The notes under the pieces: model-generated
What the model saw: only the letters and a program-made list of their open reading frames with translations
Told to the model about the DNA's origin: nothing
The model's database searches: none
Made by a program: the position numbers and the translations under genes
Assembly: GCA_000182565.2 (NCBI GenBank)
Contig: KQ257465.1
Source: Spizellomyces punctatus DAOM BR117
Taxonomy: Eukaryota
Length of the DNA: 64,000 nt
Direction: 5' to 3' (one strand)
Shown here: positions 1-15,000 of the stretch, one piece after another
Layout: each line of letters begins with the position of its first letter
How positions within the stretch are numbered: position 1 is the first letter of the stretch

Positions 1-2610
1 ATTTTTGAGCAACTCGATAATCATTCCCGGCATTTCCTCTTTATAGACATCTTTTGTAGGCTTGACGCGGACCGATGCGGCGTACCTCGTTACATTGGCG
101 TCCATGGAGGCCACAAGGGAAATAACGGAGGGCTTGTTGCGTCCTTCAGTTGGCGATGCGTGAGTTACATCCGCACTAAACCGATAAAGTAATGTCAGAT
201 TCATGCACGAGCACGAGCTTGGACAATGATGGAAAATGAGTACCCAATAATGATCGTCGGTGCTCCTTTAATGAACGGCAGCTCGTCTTTCAACATGGAT
301 AGATTGGTCCCTCCGAGCTTGACATTAAGTTTCAAGGCGACATTCAAACAGTATCTACATGCAAAGCACTTTCAGCAAAAATGGGACGCGGCAATAAAAC
401 CCAGCATAAACTTACTGTTTCCTCGCATCCATCACATGTCGATGTTGAAGACACTGTGTGGGAATCCCAAGAACGGTATCAGAAACACGCTTGATATCTG
501 CATAGAGAGGGACACCCGTATTGGGCAGGACACAGAAAATGAGTTGAGGACGGAGGTTTGGATACTTGTCCTTTGCTTCCAGGAAGGCGGCTTTGAGGGC
601 GCCTTCGACGTATCCGGCGGGGTTGGCGTAAATGCAGGGTACGTTGAATGTTGGCATGGATAGGCCGACTTCCTAATGTGTATGTGAGTGCGGTTTGAGA
701 TTGGTGAGCGAATGTTAGGGATATAGGCTGGGTCTTACCTGACAGGTACTTTGCATCACTTTGAAAAAGTTGAAGCGAACAGCGTCCGGACATTCACTTT
801 CACGCAAAAAGATGACGATGGCCCATGATTCAAGTTGCTTTGGCTATAAAGTTTTGGACATGCTGGTTTTTAGAATATCCTTTTCGCAACAATCTTCGAA
901 AAAAACAAACCCATTGATATAAAAAGCATTACCTGCTTGAACTTCTTTCCCTTCCAATTCCACGCCCCCTCTTTCGGGACTTCCATGACATTGTTTCCAA
1001 AGATCAACTTGGGAGTCTTGAGGACCCTAGCTGGAACGATACAAACATCCTTGCCAGCCTTCATACCAAATTCCTCCAGATACTCATTATCCGCATACCC
1101 AAATTCCGTGATCCCCCTCGAAATGCGATTAAACCTTTGATAAGGAGCCAGACAGGTTTGTCGGATCATTTCTGTTGTTTGGCGTTCATTGAGTTTCCGG
1201 GTGTGCCGTTGGCCTGGGAGGATGGAGACTACTTCCATGGGGAGGTACATGTTTTTGGAGGGGTCGCCGACGATGAGCACTGGGAGCATTGGAAAGCGAA
1301 GGGGTCTGTTGTACTGATTGTGAAAGTAGTCTGCAACGGTCGTTGGAACGTTGTTGATATTGAAGCGAGTGTTCACGGCCGAGTCTATAGTGGAAATAGA
1401 GAGAAATTAGAGAATGTGATTGTTAGATTATGCGACAAATCATCAAGTTACATACCACCCAAACTAGCAATCTTAAACTTTTTCCTATCGGGGCCCCGAT
1501 GAACAGTAACAACTCTCACACCCTTGAGCGTCTTTTCCAAACGACTCTTATCCCTCTCCGTTAGTCCCTTTTCAAGCATCCCGACATCACTCAATCCCAA
1601 AATGTTGGAAACAATCTCAAGCAAAGGACCAGACTGATAAAACGCTGTAGACGAGACGTCCAAGTTGATCTTCATCTCGTTACCAGCGGGACGTATGGAT
1701 TGATGATATCCAGGCCAGACTTCGGCACCAAAACCAAGGCAGTGAGATCCTGTGTTGGTGTAAAAGCTTCTGCCGACGGATACGTGGGTCGGGGCACAAC
1801 ATTGGCGAAGAAGGATATCCAGAGTCATTATGGCGTCGTAGGGTGTAACGGCCATTTCTCCAGCAAGGAAATCTTGGAGGTTGGACATGTCAATCGTGGC
1901 CACCTAGTTCAAAGTTGTTAAAAAAAAGGGTATCAAGGAATAGTAAATAAATGTGGTAAAAACTCGTTTTACCTTTTTGACTCGCATTTTGATTGTCCGA
2001 GGTGCACGGAGTTGCCTTCCATCCTGGATCGCTGTCATTTTCTGATGGGCAATCGCTCTAGCTTCATCATCATCTTCAGGGGGCTCCTACATTCCCAAAA
2101 TAAGATACAACCTCACCATGCATCCCAAAAAGAAAAACGTTTAAAAGACACAAATCATACCTGAATGTCAAACACACCCATCGCTCCACATTCCAATTCA
2201 TCTTTAACATACATATTCTTGCGTCCATCAAAAGCAGGTTTCATTCCTCCAAGGCCCGAATCCTTGTATGCGTGCTCAAAAGCAGCAAAAACCTTTTTAG
2301 CAAACACGGGGGGCACGTCCGGAGTAAAAGCGACATCGTAGTGAATGATGGGACGAGTCGGTAGACGAGTAATTCGGATCCAGTTGGTGCGGACTCGAAT
2401 GGGTCGTCCGGATGTTCCTGGCTCTGGACGAGGGTGGAAAGCTACGATGGTTTGTTTTTTGGTTTTGCCTTTTTCGGAGCTTGTGTCTGAGAGGGATCCT
2501 TCACCGTTTGTAGGGGATGAGGAGCTACTGTGCGTATCGCCGTTTTGGTGTACGTTGGGTGAGGTGCCGTTGAGCTCGTCGGGCGATCCGTTGCTGGAAG
2601 GGCTGGACAT
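1..2610 (-). CDS. Argonaute (AGO/QDE-2-like), multi-exon, C-terminus runs off the window start
   Basis: Exons encode the N-terminal RPEPGTSGRPIRVRTN, ArgoL1 (SVGRSFY...GYHQSIRP...NLDVS), PAZ (TVADYF...YLPMEV), L2/MID (YADIKRVSDTVLGIPTQC) and the start of PIWI (NVALKLNVKLGGTN, IIIGADVTH after splicing, ASMD). GT-AG introns separate the ORF pieces. Confidence 0.95.
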
Positions 2611-3337
2611 GATTTGTTTTTCTGCTGTGAGGATGGGGTTTAGGTTTCGTCGTCAAGTACGCATAATGCCACAAAACACACAACAAGAAGCCCAGAACTT
2701 ACTCTGTAGAAATCCCATAAAATACCAAATTTTCAAAATCCAGAAAACAAAGAGAGGAAATGCATGGACCACGGGTTTATATACTTGCGCTCATGAACCA
2801 AAAAGTCTATTTTGATTTCAAAAGAAAAAAGGCTTACAAGCCCTGTGAAAGTAGTCTATTCTTTCGCGACCCGTCATTGATTGACATTTAACAAGCTACC
2901 GGCTCCTGCCCTCCAAAAATATTCATTATTGAAATGTATCGAGTCGAATAGCACATCAGACAAATGTCCATGTCCTATTCCTCCACATTAACTGTAAATA
3001 AGTGTATTGGATTTTAATTCTATGCATGATACATGATACGTTTATAGTTTGCAATGATATGAAGAATGCACTCCACGAGTCTCCTTCCAAAAAGTTAAGC
3101 AAACTATTGCAGACCAGGCAATACCCACGTGACATTTCACGTGAATACATGACATGAATTTAATTTGTGAAATTGGTGAGGGGCTAAACATTTAACCACT
3201 CTTGTTGTCCCAAAGATCAAGGTCTTTTACGCACAGCTGCGTTTTCATGCAGGTCCTTCTGTTTGGAGGGTTTCCGTTTTCTTTTATCAACCAGAAGTTT
3301 TTGAATCGTTTTAACTGTCTTTTGAACTATTTGCAAG

Positions 3338-6300
3338 ATGGGGGATGATGCATCGCAGAGACGTTTACATGCCATCAAAGGACATTTACAAGGTACCCGT
3401 TTTCTATCCAACATTAAACAATCCGCACAGGCACAAAAACTAACACCACACATCAAAAAAAGATGCCCCCAAAAAACACAAACTCCTCATAGCAAACCGT
3501 TCCGAAATCGCCATCCGAATCGCCCACGCAGCCTCCGCACTGAATTTCCACACAATCGGAATCTACACTATAGATGACGCCGAGTGTTTACATGTCAAGA
3601 AATGTGATGAGGCGGTGCAGATTGGCAAGGGTGTGAATGGATATTTGGATATTGAGGGGATTTTAAATGTGTGTAGGGAACGGGGGGTTTGGGGTGTGCA
3701 TCCTGGGTATGGGTTTTTGAGGTATGTAATGTGTGGGATTTATGTTATGGGTTCTTTTTTTTAATTAATGTTTTTTGTCAAGTGAGAATAAAGAGTTTGC
3801 GAGACGGTGTGAGGAAGAAGGGATTGTGTTTGTTGGACCTTCTTCGGACATGTTGGGATTATTTGGTGACAGTACGTAACCATTTCAAAATCCCCCCCCC
3901 CCCCCCCCCATGTACAAATCGTAAGTCTCATTCTCTCTTCATTAAACTAGAACTCGCAGCCAAAGCCCTCGCAACCTCTCTCGGTATCCCAACCCTCAAA
4001 TCCACAACGGGACCCACAACACTTGATCAAACCCTGTCATTCCACTCCAAACTCTCCAACCCCATCATGATCAAATCGATTCACGGAGGAGGTGGAAGAG
4101 GCATGCGAATCGTACATGACCCAAAAGAGATTCCAAAAGCGTATGCGCTTGCTCAAATGGAATCTGAACGGAGTTTCGGGAATGGGGATGTTTATGTCGA
4201 GGAATTTCTTGCGCGGGCTCGACATGTTGAGGTTCAGGTTATTGGTGATGGGAGGGATGTGGTGCATTGTTGGGAGAGGGAGTGTACGTTGCAGAGACGG
4301 AATCAAAAGTTGGTGGAGGTTGCGCCTTGTCCTGCGTTGGAGGATGGTGTGAGGATGAGAATTGTGGATGCTGCTGTAAAAATGGCCAAAGCTGGGTGAG
4401 TTATTCCCAAAAAACAAACAAAAAAAAGGACAAGAGGGATATATTAACTTGTATGTCTTTAGAAAGTACAAATCATTGGGAACATTTGAATTCCTCCTCT
4501 CCCCAACAACAAACAAATTCTACTTTCTCGAAACCAACCCCCGAATCCAAGTCGAACATACCATCACCGAAGAAACCACTCGCATCGACCTAGTCCAAAC
4601 CCAACTCTCCATCTCCCTCGGCCACAGTTTAGTAAACCTCGGTTTAACAAACATACCCAAACCCACAACATACGCCATCCAACTCCGTATCAACGCAGAA
4701 ACATACGAAAAAGGGGACGTGATACCTTCTTTTGGATATATAAAAGCATTTGATCCACCTACTGGCCGTGGGATTCGAGTGGATACAGCTGGATACGCGG
4801 GGTACACCCTTCCATCGACCTTTGATTCCCTTCTTGCTAAACTAGTGATATTTGATGCACCGAGTTTTACGGCAGGGTTGGATCGAGCTTATCGGGCGTT
4901 ACGTGAGTTTCGGATTGAGGGTGTGCAGACGAATATGGGTGTTTTGATGGGGTTGTGTTTGGATGAGGAGGTAAGGGGGTCTAGGGTTTGGACGCGGTAT
5001 ATTGAGGAACGGGGTGTCAAGGCTTTGAATGGACCCAACATGTTTTTTGAGAAGAGACGGGTGGTGGAGAAAAGTGAGGAGGTGGTTGTGGGGCCTGAAG
5101 GGAGTGTTGCGGTTCGGATGCCCATGCATGGTGTTGTCGTGTAAGTTTGGACGTTTTGATTCTTTGTTTGAAATATTTGGGGTTGTTTATTTTTTATTTT
5201 TTAGGGCTTTGAATGTTGGAGTGGGGGATACAGTCTCTACAGGACAAGAGGTAAAAAAAACCCCCTTCAACCAAACTACAAGTTTATTGGTTTCACATAT
5301 CATACTCACACTTTTCCGCATTGTACCAGCTCGCGATTATATCCGCCATGAAAATGGAACACGCCATTTCATCCCCCCAATCTGGTGTAATAGCCTCCAT
5401 ACCCACTACACTAGGATCAACCCTCGAACCCTCCTCTCCCATCCTGTACGTAACATCCCGCAATATCACAACAGACGACATTACTAACAAACTACATAAA
5501 GATTCATCACCCCAATGGACTCGACGATACTTGCAAAGGAATCTACACCAGCGAATCTGGACGTCATTCGACCGGATTTGGCGGACCTTTTTGAGCGGCG
5601 ACGGGTATTAACGGATGAAGCCCGTGTTGACGCTGTGCGTAAGCGGCATGAAAAAGGGAAATTGACTGCCTGGGAGAATGTTGTTGGGTTGGTGGATGAG
5701 GGGAGTTGGATAGAGTATGGGAGTTTAGGTAAAACCGAAAAAAAAACCACTATTTATTGTTCACGTAACGGTTTTGTTTATGTTCATGTTTTCTTTTTGG
5801 GGGGATTTGTTAAATAGCTGTAGCAGCTCAATCCTCCCGACGATCCGAAACCGAATTAACAAAAATCTCACCTCGCGATGGAGTATTAACTGGGTTTGGA
5901 ACCATTAATGCCCACCTCTTTCCAACCCAATCTCGAGCGGCCGTTATCGCATGTAAGTTTCTCATACTGCTACTTCTTTTACGACTTGCTAACGTATTTT
6001 TTTTTGTGGTAGATGATTATACGGTTTTTGCGGGAACACAGGGATATTATAACCATTTGAAACAAGATCGGATTCTTCACCTTGTGCATAAATTTCGGAT
6101 ACCTTTGGTGGTGTTTTGTGAAGGTGGAGGTGGACGGCCTGGGGATGTTGACGTACGTATGCACCAACATTGCAACAAGTCAAAACCAAAAACTAACATG
6201 TGTATTGTTTTTTTTTTTTTTTTTTTTGTAGACACCCACATTAACGGGACTAAATGTCCCAACCTTCCACTCCCTAGCCCAAATATCATCAAAAGTCCCA

Positions 6301-7611
6301 ACCATCGGCATCGCCTCTGGAAACTGTTTTGCCGGGAACGCCGCCCTCTTATCCATGTGTGATATCATTATCGCGACCGAGGATGCGTGTATTGGGATGG
6401 GAGGACCGGCCATGATTGAAGGGGGTGGATTGGGACGCGTAAAAGCAATCGAGATTGGACCTGTGGATGTCCAGGTTCGGAATGGTGTCATGTGAGTATG
6501 GAATGGCAAATATTATAGTCTTTTTTTGAGCAATTAAACTAATGTATGTTTTCTTGGGGGGTTAAATAGTGATGTACTCGTTAAAACGGAACGAGATGCC
6601 ATCACGCCAACCAAACAATACCTATCCTACCTCCAAGGCCGTCTTCCATCCTTTACATGCGCAGATCAACGGGCCCTTCGGCACGCCATACCCGAAAACC
6701 GTAAAAGAAGTTTTGCAATCCGGAATGTGATTAACGTTCTTGCGGATACAGATAGTATATTGGAATTACAAAAAGGGTTTGGAGAGGGTGTTGTTACCTG
6801 TTTTATACGCATCGAGGCAAGTTTGTTATTATAAACAATTAAACATACGCAGGAAACGAAAAAATAAATAACAATAATATTTTTTAGGGCTGGCCATTCG
6901 GACTCGTAGCAAACAACTCACAACACAATAGTGGAGCCATCGACTGTTCTTCCGCAACAAAAATAACCCGTTTTATCCGTCTCTGTGATCGGAATGGTAT
7001 CCCCATTCTTTCATTATGCGATACACCGGGGTTTATGGTGGGTGTTGAGGCGGAAAAAACGGGGCAGGTACGGAGGTTTGGAGAGTTGTTTTGTGCGTGG
7101 GGTGCGATCAAGGTTCCTGTTTTCACTGGTGAGTACGCACTTTTTTTTACACGTTCTTGTCCCAACAAACACATTTTTTAATATTTTACTGTAGTCATTC
7201 TACGTAAAGCCTATGGTCTAGGCGCCCAATCCATGGCCTCTGGTTCCCTCTCATCCCCCTTTTTCAGCATCGCATGGCCAACAGGTGAATTCGGTGCCAT
7301 GGGTCTCGAAGGTGCCGTTCGATTAGGATTCAAAAAAGAATTAAAAGGGGATGATGGAAAGGAGTTTGAGAGGTTGGTTAACGAGTTTTATGAAAAGGGC
7401 CGCGCGGTGAGGGTTGCGAGGGGGGTCGAGATTGATCAGGTATAAAGTTGTTTTGGTTTTTTTGGGAATGTGTGATGGGTGATGCTGATGTTGTTTTTTG
7501 TTATGATTTATTTTTTTTTTAAAGGTGATTGATCCGGCTGAGACGAGGCAGTGGGTTTTGAGGGGGTTCTTGTCGTGTGGAGGTGGCATCCCAAAGCAAG
7601 GCTTGGCATAG
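3338..7611 (+). CDS. Single-chain biotin-dependent acyl-CoA carboxylase (biotin carboxylase - BCCP - carboxyltransferase), multi-exon
   Basis: Spliced exons give [51 protein letters not shown], the biotinyl motif AMKME and CT motifs ([52 protein letters not shown]). The N-terminus RLHAIKGHL fits PTS2 (RL-x5-HL). Confidence 0.9.
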
Positions 7612-8175
7612 TTACAAAGTTGATGAGGGCATTTCATAGTCCATAGGGTTGCTTTTTCGAATATCTGTTAGAGTTGGTGTGTCCGACGTTTCGACCATGA
7701 CCAACACACTATGCGTTAAATGTCTAGATAGCAAACGTTACCTATCCCACAATGATAGTAATCTATAATGTTGCGGTTCTGAAAAAAAGGATTGCAGAAA
7801 AGTCATTGCAAACATAATACCTCAAAGTAAAAACGTAAAAGCTTTGATCAATATACAAACATGTTTTTTTCCAATTTCATAAAGAAATCTCTCTCAACAT
7901 ACAAAAAAACACACACACAAAGGGCTCCGACGACAACAAAGAACATAAAGAACAAACGAAAAAAAAATAATGTACAAAACAGCTCTCCCTCCCTCTCTCT
8001 CTCTCTCTCTCTACATCCTTTCCTCAAAACATTCGAAAGGTTTTTTTTTTCTCTGGTGTCCTTTTTGTCCCTTTTTCTCTTTTTCCTATCCAACAGTGAT
8101 ATACATTTTGTTGCGTCCATTGTCCTTTCAAAAAAAATGCGCCAGCAAAAGTGGCCGACCGCCTCTCGAGTTTCC

Positions 8176-10104
8176 TTAAAAGTTTTCTAACAAAGAAAAC
8201 AATCGAGTTGGTAAAATGCAAATCATCAAAAAAACAATAGAAAATAAAACCTCACCTTTTCCATAAAAGAACCGTGTTCCATTTTCGGTGGCTTCTGTCC
8301 ACCGATTACACGCCTTGTGCAGCGCCCCACTCAAGACCTTGGGTCCACAAAACAAGACACCGACATCCGTGCCAGGGTGGTTGGTCCGTACCATTTTAAA
8401 GATTTGATCCCAGTTTGGTCGCCCATAGTGGGTTGGAGAGCGTAATCCCGTAATGGCATCCGATACACCTTCCTCATCATTGACGATAATGTTTTTGACT
8501 TCATCGATTTTGAGCCCGCCAGTGAGGTACGTGTGGATTTCAATGAAACCGTCAATGTTTTCTTCCTCAAGGGTCATGAGAAGGTCTTGGAACCATTCAA
8601 AGGCGTCCTTGTCACGACAGACCCAGAAAAAGTAGACCTTTCTGAGGCGGACCATGCCGTTGGGGTTGTTGATGCGGTACCAAATGGTCTTGAGGATGGA
8701 GGCAAAGGGCGTGACACCGATACCGGCTCCAACGAGGATGGCAGCTTCATAGTCAAACACGTCCTCAGAGGCAGAACCGTAGGGGCCGTCAATCATGACG
8801 AGGGGGAGAGACGTGGGAGGGGCCATGCCTTGCTCGTCCTTGTCGCCAAACCGGCATCCGCAGCGCTTGGCAAATTTGGTGGTCCAATCACCAACGACAC
8901 GAATGTGGATCGAGACGAAATCTTCGTGGGGGGACGACGTAAGGGTAAACGGGTGCCATTCAAAGTTGCCAATCTCTGGACAGCAAATGAAAATGTACTG
9001 TCCGGCCTTTGTGACACACGAGGGCTTCTTGACTTGAATTTCCACCACTTTGGAGGGGTGTTGGACGACTTTGGAAATGTACGTTTTGCGTCTTCCACGG
9101 ACTTCGCGCACAATGCGCTCGACGAGGTAGGCGACACCAGAAAGGACCCACCATTTCCAGAATGTAGCACCTCCACGGCACTTGTCGATGGGGGGCGAAC
9201 CTGGCGGGGGATCATCCGCCTTGATAAAGCAGAATGCACCGTGCATCAAGAGACCGCCGAAAAAGACGATAAACAGGTGGTGGGTGAACCAAAACTGTTC
9301 AAAGTACTTGCGGCGGACACCTTCGACGGCCGAGGTGACCATGAGAAAAAAGGCCAGCGTGATGACTTGACCCGTGAGACCGGGACCCGAGAGCCAAGCG
9401 AGTTCCATGGCCGACATGTTTTGAGCGCCGAGGGTTTTTTCCACGTTGAGGTAGTTGAAGTAGTGAGCGACGATGTGGACATAGGTCCAAAAGACGATAC
9501 ACCAGGCGATAAAGATGTGAAAGGTAATGTTTTTGTCAAAGGGGACAAATTTGTTTAGAAAGGTTGTGCGAACCATGGAGATCAAGTTTCTGCAGACGGT
9601 AAAGAGGAGGATGGCGCAATTGAGGTTGATGACGTTTGCAGCGGAACGTGCCATGGGGAGGCCGTGTGAGATGACGGAGCGAAAAAACGATAGATTGGGA
9701 GCCGTCCAGAGCTGGTAGTAACCGTAGGCAAAGTAGGCAATCTGAATGCCAATCCACAGAACGGTAAAGATTTGCCGTGGTCCTATAATAGAATGAGCCA
9801 AGCATGTTAGCACAGTGTTTTACTGTTAGCAAGCCGTGGCTCCCATTGTTTCCCCCTCCCAACCTCGACTCTGCGACCTTTCCAACACTTGTGTGCGTGT
9901 GTGCGTGTACGTGCGAGTCTCTGATTCCCTCCTAATTCCCATTGTCCAGTTTTGCAATTCGCACCGCAACTCACCTTCATTGACCATCCAATTGTCAAAG
10001 CGAACCCGCAGTTTGCTCTTTCTTGTCCGTGGAGGGAGAACACCAATGTTGACCTTGTGCTCTCCTGCCGAGCCCTTGTAGTAAACGCTCTGAGATGGAG
10101 GCAT
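8176..10104 (-). CDS. noxA: NADPH oxidase NoxA/Nox1 (gp91phox homolog), 3 exons
   Basis: Heme histidines (ITFH, HIVAH, FWFTHHLF), FAD motif HPFTLTS, DGPYG, GAGIGVTPF, FCGP and a spliced C-terminus GKENF*. Short first exon ends NWMVNEG; no EF-hands and no long NoxB-type N-terminus. Confidence 0.95.
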
Positions 10105-10708
10105 TGCGTGTGTTCTGTGTGTGTACGTGGGGGGGAATGCAGTCTTCTATCTAGTGCGAATGCGTGTGTGTGTGTGTATATGCGCAGGACAAACGAGTGT
10201 CCTCCCCAGTCTAGTAAAGGAATGCACTAGTTCCCTACTCTCTCTCTGTCGTTGTCGAATTCGTTCACCACTGACACTGCAAGATTGCAACTATATACAA
10301 ACACACAAACCAAGTGTGTTGATGAGAGTGACAGAAGAAGAAGTAAGTAAAAGTAAGCTAAAGTCTAATAAGTGGGTGGGAATAAAATATGAAACAATTC
10401 AACCCCTCATTTGACCGCAACCATCCCATGTAATACGCGAAAAAGAAAAGTCTAAAACACTCTATACAAGAGACACACAAGAGACACGAGTGAAAAGAGA
10501 TCAATACAAAAAGAGGAGAAATTCAAAAGGAGAAAAAGTGTCTCCATGTCTCTCATTCCAATTAGGAAAGAAAGAAGAAGAGTCATAATGACTCTAATAA
10601 TAATCCCACTCAAACACTAAATAAGGAGAAATTATAATTAATATTTCTGTTCACATTGGTAGACTCGCTCTAGACTTCCACACACACAGTTGTTAGTGAG
10701 AGCGAGAG

Positions 10709-10712
<4 letters not shown>

Positions 10713-10739
<27 letters not shown>

Positions 10740-10770
10740 TTAAGAATGTGTGTGTGTGTGTGTGTGTGTG
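10713..10770. repeat. Adjacent (AG)n and (TG)n microsatellites upstream of noxA
   Basis: AG run at 10713-10739 and TG run at 10747-10770. Confidence 0.9.
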
Positions 10771-12007
10771 AGATGAGAGAGAAAAGCAACTTCAATAATC
10801 AATTATAACGACTATTTACATATTCTCTTGATCTCTCTCATTCTCTCTCTCACACACTTTTTTGTTTCTCTCACTCATTCTCACTCATTCTCACTGTCTG
10901 TGTGTATTTCTCTCTCTCTCACTTCAAACTTACTCTTTTTACCACGCGCGTTTGATGATTATCATTACTACTTGTGAAACATTATTATACATACATGTTC
11001 TATCTAGAATATTTACATTATATTTCTTTTACTTTCGGGTTATTTGATTGCAATTACATTGTTTGTTAGTGCATGGTCTCTCTTCAATGCAACAAGAGGG
11101 AATTCAAACATTACAGAATTCCCTACTCTACAAGTATGAGCAACTACTCTTGTTACGGATTCCACACGATGTAGTATTCTTTATTTTCCATGCTTGTTTG
11201 ACTATTCTCATGGGGAATGGTCACTCGGGCACCTAGTCTCACATGTTTAGGTTTTCTTCATTCACACACACACGCACACGATCTTTGATGATGGGGACAG
11301 CTGCATGGGTGACTCGATCTCTGTTTGGATAAGTATTCTCACAGAGTGGAAAGAAGCGACATGTACGCACCATACACACACAGCATGTCTGCATACAGAG
11401 TTCAGTGGAACTAAGGACCATGGACCATTTGGTCAATGTCATTGCATTTTCATGACGGCCAGAACATGATCTTTTGGTACAAGAATTTGTGACATCCAAG
11501 CAAGACCAGGATCTCTTCTGCCTTTTTACTCTACGTTAAACGCAAATACTCGAAGCCGTAAGCACGAACCCGTGAGTGGCATCCATTGCATTCCACGCTC
11601 TCATCATCCTCGCTCTGGCTCAGAGTATGCCCTCTATTAAAGGACTCGCTCATGCTTACAGTACCTTTATCCAGTGACAAATGTAGCTGCCAGATTCTTC
11701 CCAAATGCGCCTGGGGGGAAATGCAATGCATTGTCAACATGCAAGAGTCTCTTGTGCGGGGAATCAGATGCTAGAGTACTTTTAATTGCCAAATCAATGC
11801 CTCGAGGTGTTCCAAAAATCGTACATTCCATATTGTGATCGATTACGTCAGCACATGCGTCATGTTTTTGTACAGAGATCGCTCGCTCTGTGAGGGCATG
11901 TTGGAACACCTTTTTTCATTATCGGGCTCGCCAGACCTGACACGACTCCAACAAATTGCCTTGACCGTCTTGGACTTGGCGGCAACAGAAAAACGAATCC
12001 CTACGAC

Positions 12008-15000
12008 ATGCATCCCTCTGTCGCCGAAATGTATCTACCCAACGACCAAACATCCGTCCAGCTCGAATCGCTCGAACTCGAAGCGCTCAAAAGAGACAAT
12101 CAAGTACTTTTACCCATCCCATCCTCTCCTTCCTCCGTACCGTCACCACCACCACCATCACCACCGCCACCACCACCGTCAGTATCAGGACACAAAAAAA
12201 AGTGCATGTGCCTCCATACCCTCCTGTCCACCCCTCTCGTTGCCCATATCCTCACTACCCTCCGCAACCCACTCTACGCCCACCGTCTATTGAAATGTCT
12301 AGTCACTTTTTACGCCCTCTACATTATCACTTGGGTCCCATCCGCCCGACACGCTCTCACACCCTCTCTCCTTCTCGCGCCGCTTGCTGTCGTCTTTTTC
12401 CATCCGGGCCGGACACTTGGTGCGCAATTGGAGTCGGTTGCGTTTGGATTGGTGGGTGCGGGTGTGGGAGCGGCCTATACGCTTTTGGCCTACGTTGCGA
12501 TGGCGGCTGTGCAGAGAAATGTGAGTGTTGGGTTTTGGAGGGGGGTGGTGGGTGTCATTGTGTTTTGTTTGCCAGTGTTTTGTTTCAGTGCGTTGAGGAG
12601 TTTGGTGCCGAGGTTGAGGGTGGGTATTTGTAATTTTTTTTTTTTATATTTCATGTAATGAAGTGATGGATTTAAATACTAGTTTCTTTGATTCACTATG
12701 TTAGATCTTTTCGACATTGGGTCTTTTGGTCATTATACTCAATGTCATTCGCGGGTACGATGATCCGTCTGTCAACACCCAAACCGTATGGTATGCCATC
12801 GTTCCTTTCCTATTTGCAGGGGGTGTGTCCCTTGTTGGGAGCATCGCCCTGTGGCCCGAAACGGCCAACAGTCAATTACGGTAAATCTCTTTTTATGTTT
12901 TCAACAAACACATTTTATGTTTGTAACAAAATGCTTATAACCTTTTGTAGACACGAACTTGTCTCCATCACGGATTCCATTACAAAGTGCTTGGACGCCC
13001 AAGTCACCCTCTTTATCCACACCTGCCATCCTCTCCCAACTCCCCCGACACCACCCCTCGACACGATCCTCTCCACCCTCCCCCGTCTCAAAACCCTCAA
13101 AAACGAAGCAACGCACGAATTAACGGGAGGATACTACACCCGGACCCAACTCCGTGCACTCATCCGATCCATCCGAACCCTTGCGAGGCATTTGGAGGGC
13201 ATGCAAGCCGGTGTCCTCGGCACCCGATGCGCACAAGGTCCCTTTTTACCCGTCTTGGATCGCTTTATTCAAGACTTGAACCCCGCGTTACGCCTTCTTG
13301 TTGAATCCTGTCAACGCGATTTGGACCGTCTACGTACCCTCTTTACATGCCCTCACCTCGATATTACATTTAAACCCTCCACCCTTTCCACCGTCCTTCC
13401 AGTCTTTGTCCGCGTTCAACGAAAAGCAATGGAACGCCTCTCACTGTTGCAAAATAAGGACCCCCTCGCAACTGAACCCTTGTACAGAACCTGTTTTTTT
13501 GTATTTAGTTTAATGCGGTTTGCGGAAACACTTTTAGATATGCTCCCTCTCCTATCCGATATGCAACAATCAAAGAAATTCCGAATTTACCTCCCTTCTT
13601 CTTCGCTATTTTATCGTTCCAAACCCCTTCCTCCCATCTCATCCACTCGCCCAAACATTACCTACGACCCTCCCCCGCGCACCCTCCGTCAACGCATCGT
13701 GTATGGTGTACAAGATGTATTGAATTCTCCACATGTCAGGTTTGGATTGCGGAATGCTTTTGCGGCTCTAGTGGCTGCTTTGCCTGGTTATGTTGAGAGT
13801 ACTCGGGACTGGTATATGCGGATACAGGGGTACTGGGTATGTATTCGTGTTTTGTGTTTTTCTGTTTTCATTTGGTAGCGTTTGCTCGTTGGTGGTATTT
13901 ATTGAGATTGTTGTTTCTTATGTAGGTGTTGTTTACGATTGTCGTGTTGGGTATGTACAAACGAATTTTCCTATATTCACTGCCCTCATTCTTTTGTTTT
14001 TTTGCGACCTCATTCCCGCTCTATCTACATTAGTCTATCCAACCCTCGGAGCAACATGGCCCATGGCCATGTATCGTATCCTCGGGTACGTTTTTCAATT
14101 TTCACACATACATGACATTCCCTAACTCTTATAGACAATTCAAGAACGATTTCAGGAGCACTATGGGGATTTATTTCATGGGTGATTGCACCAGAGAATC
14201 CATACATTATTTCCGTCCTGCTTTTACCATTTGCGATTGGGTGTTGGTATGTTATTCTTTTCACTGGGTATTCCTATGCAGGTATTGTTGCCCCTATTTT
14301 TTATGTATCATTATTTATTTTTGCAACACCATGACCCACTCTTTGACTATTTTCCAGGCGTAGTAGGTCTCTTGACGCACATCATCGTCATATTCGAATA
14401 CCCAACCTACGTCCCCCAAGCCGACCGCAGTATCTTTTCCTACGCCCTCGCACGATGCATCACCGTCCTCATTGGCTCTATTATAGCCGTTTTGGCTTCT
14501 TGGCTCATTTTTCCGCAACTTGCCCGCAAACTCGTTCGATATGCCATTGCAACTACTTGTCGCGATTTAGGCCAAATTTATGAAATGGAGATGGTATGGT
14601 TAGTTGAAAAAGCCCGTAATGTTGATATACCGAGTCAACCTCCCACTACGACAACAACAACAACAACAACAACAACACATCATCGTCCACATCACCTCGT
14701 CACCACCATCCAACAATCCCTATCAAATCTTAAATTACTCTTAATCCCCCAAGCTACAAAAGAACCCGATTTGGAACCACCCCCCTTTTCTCCATCAACC
14801 TACACAACCCTCGTTACGCACCTCCAAACAATCCTTACGATCCTCTCCGCCATGCGAGACGTCAGTGAAACGTGGTACACCCAAGACCAACAGCAAGGTG
14901 TTTTAAGGTTTTTAGGGTTGATTCGAAGAGAACGCCGATACCTTGTTTCCTCTATTACGACATTATTGTATATCCTTTCGGGGGCGTTGGTCACTAGGAC

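Noticed and set aside
1..2610. Functional linkage of Argonaute to the nuclease island
   Set aside because: It lies over 40 kb away among housekeeping genes and looks like a standard eukaryotic AGO; proximity is not evidence.
8533..9558. Long antisense ORFs over noxA (and similarly over the GT2, TPR and CHS genes)
   Set aside because: Shadow frames produced by codon bias of the real genes on the opposite strand.
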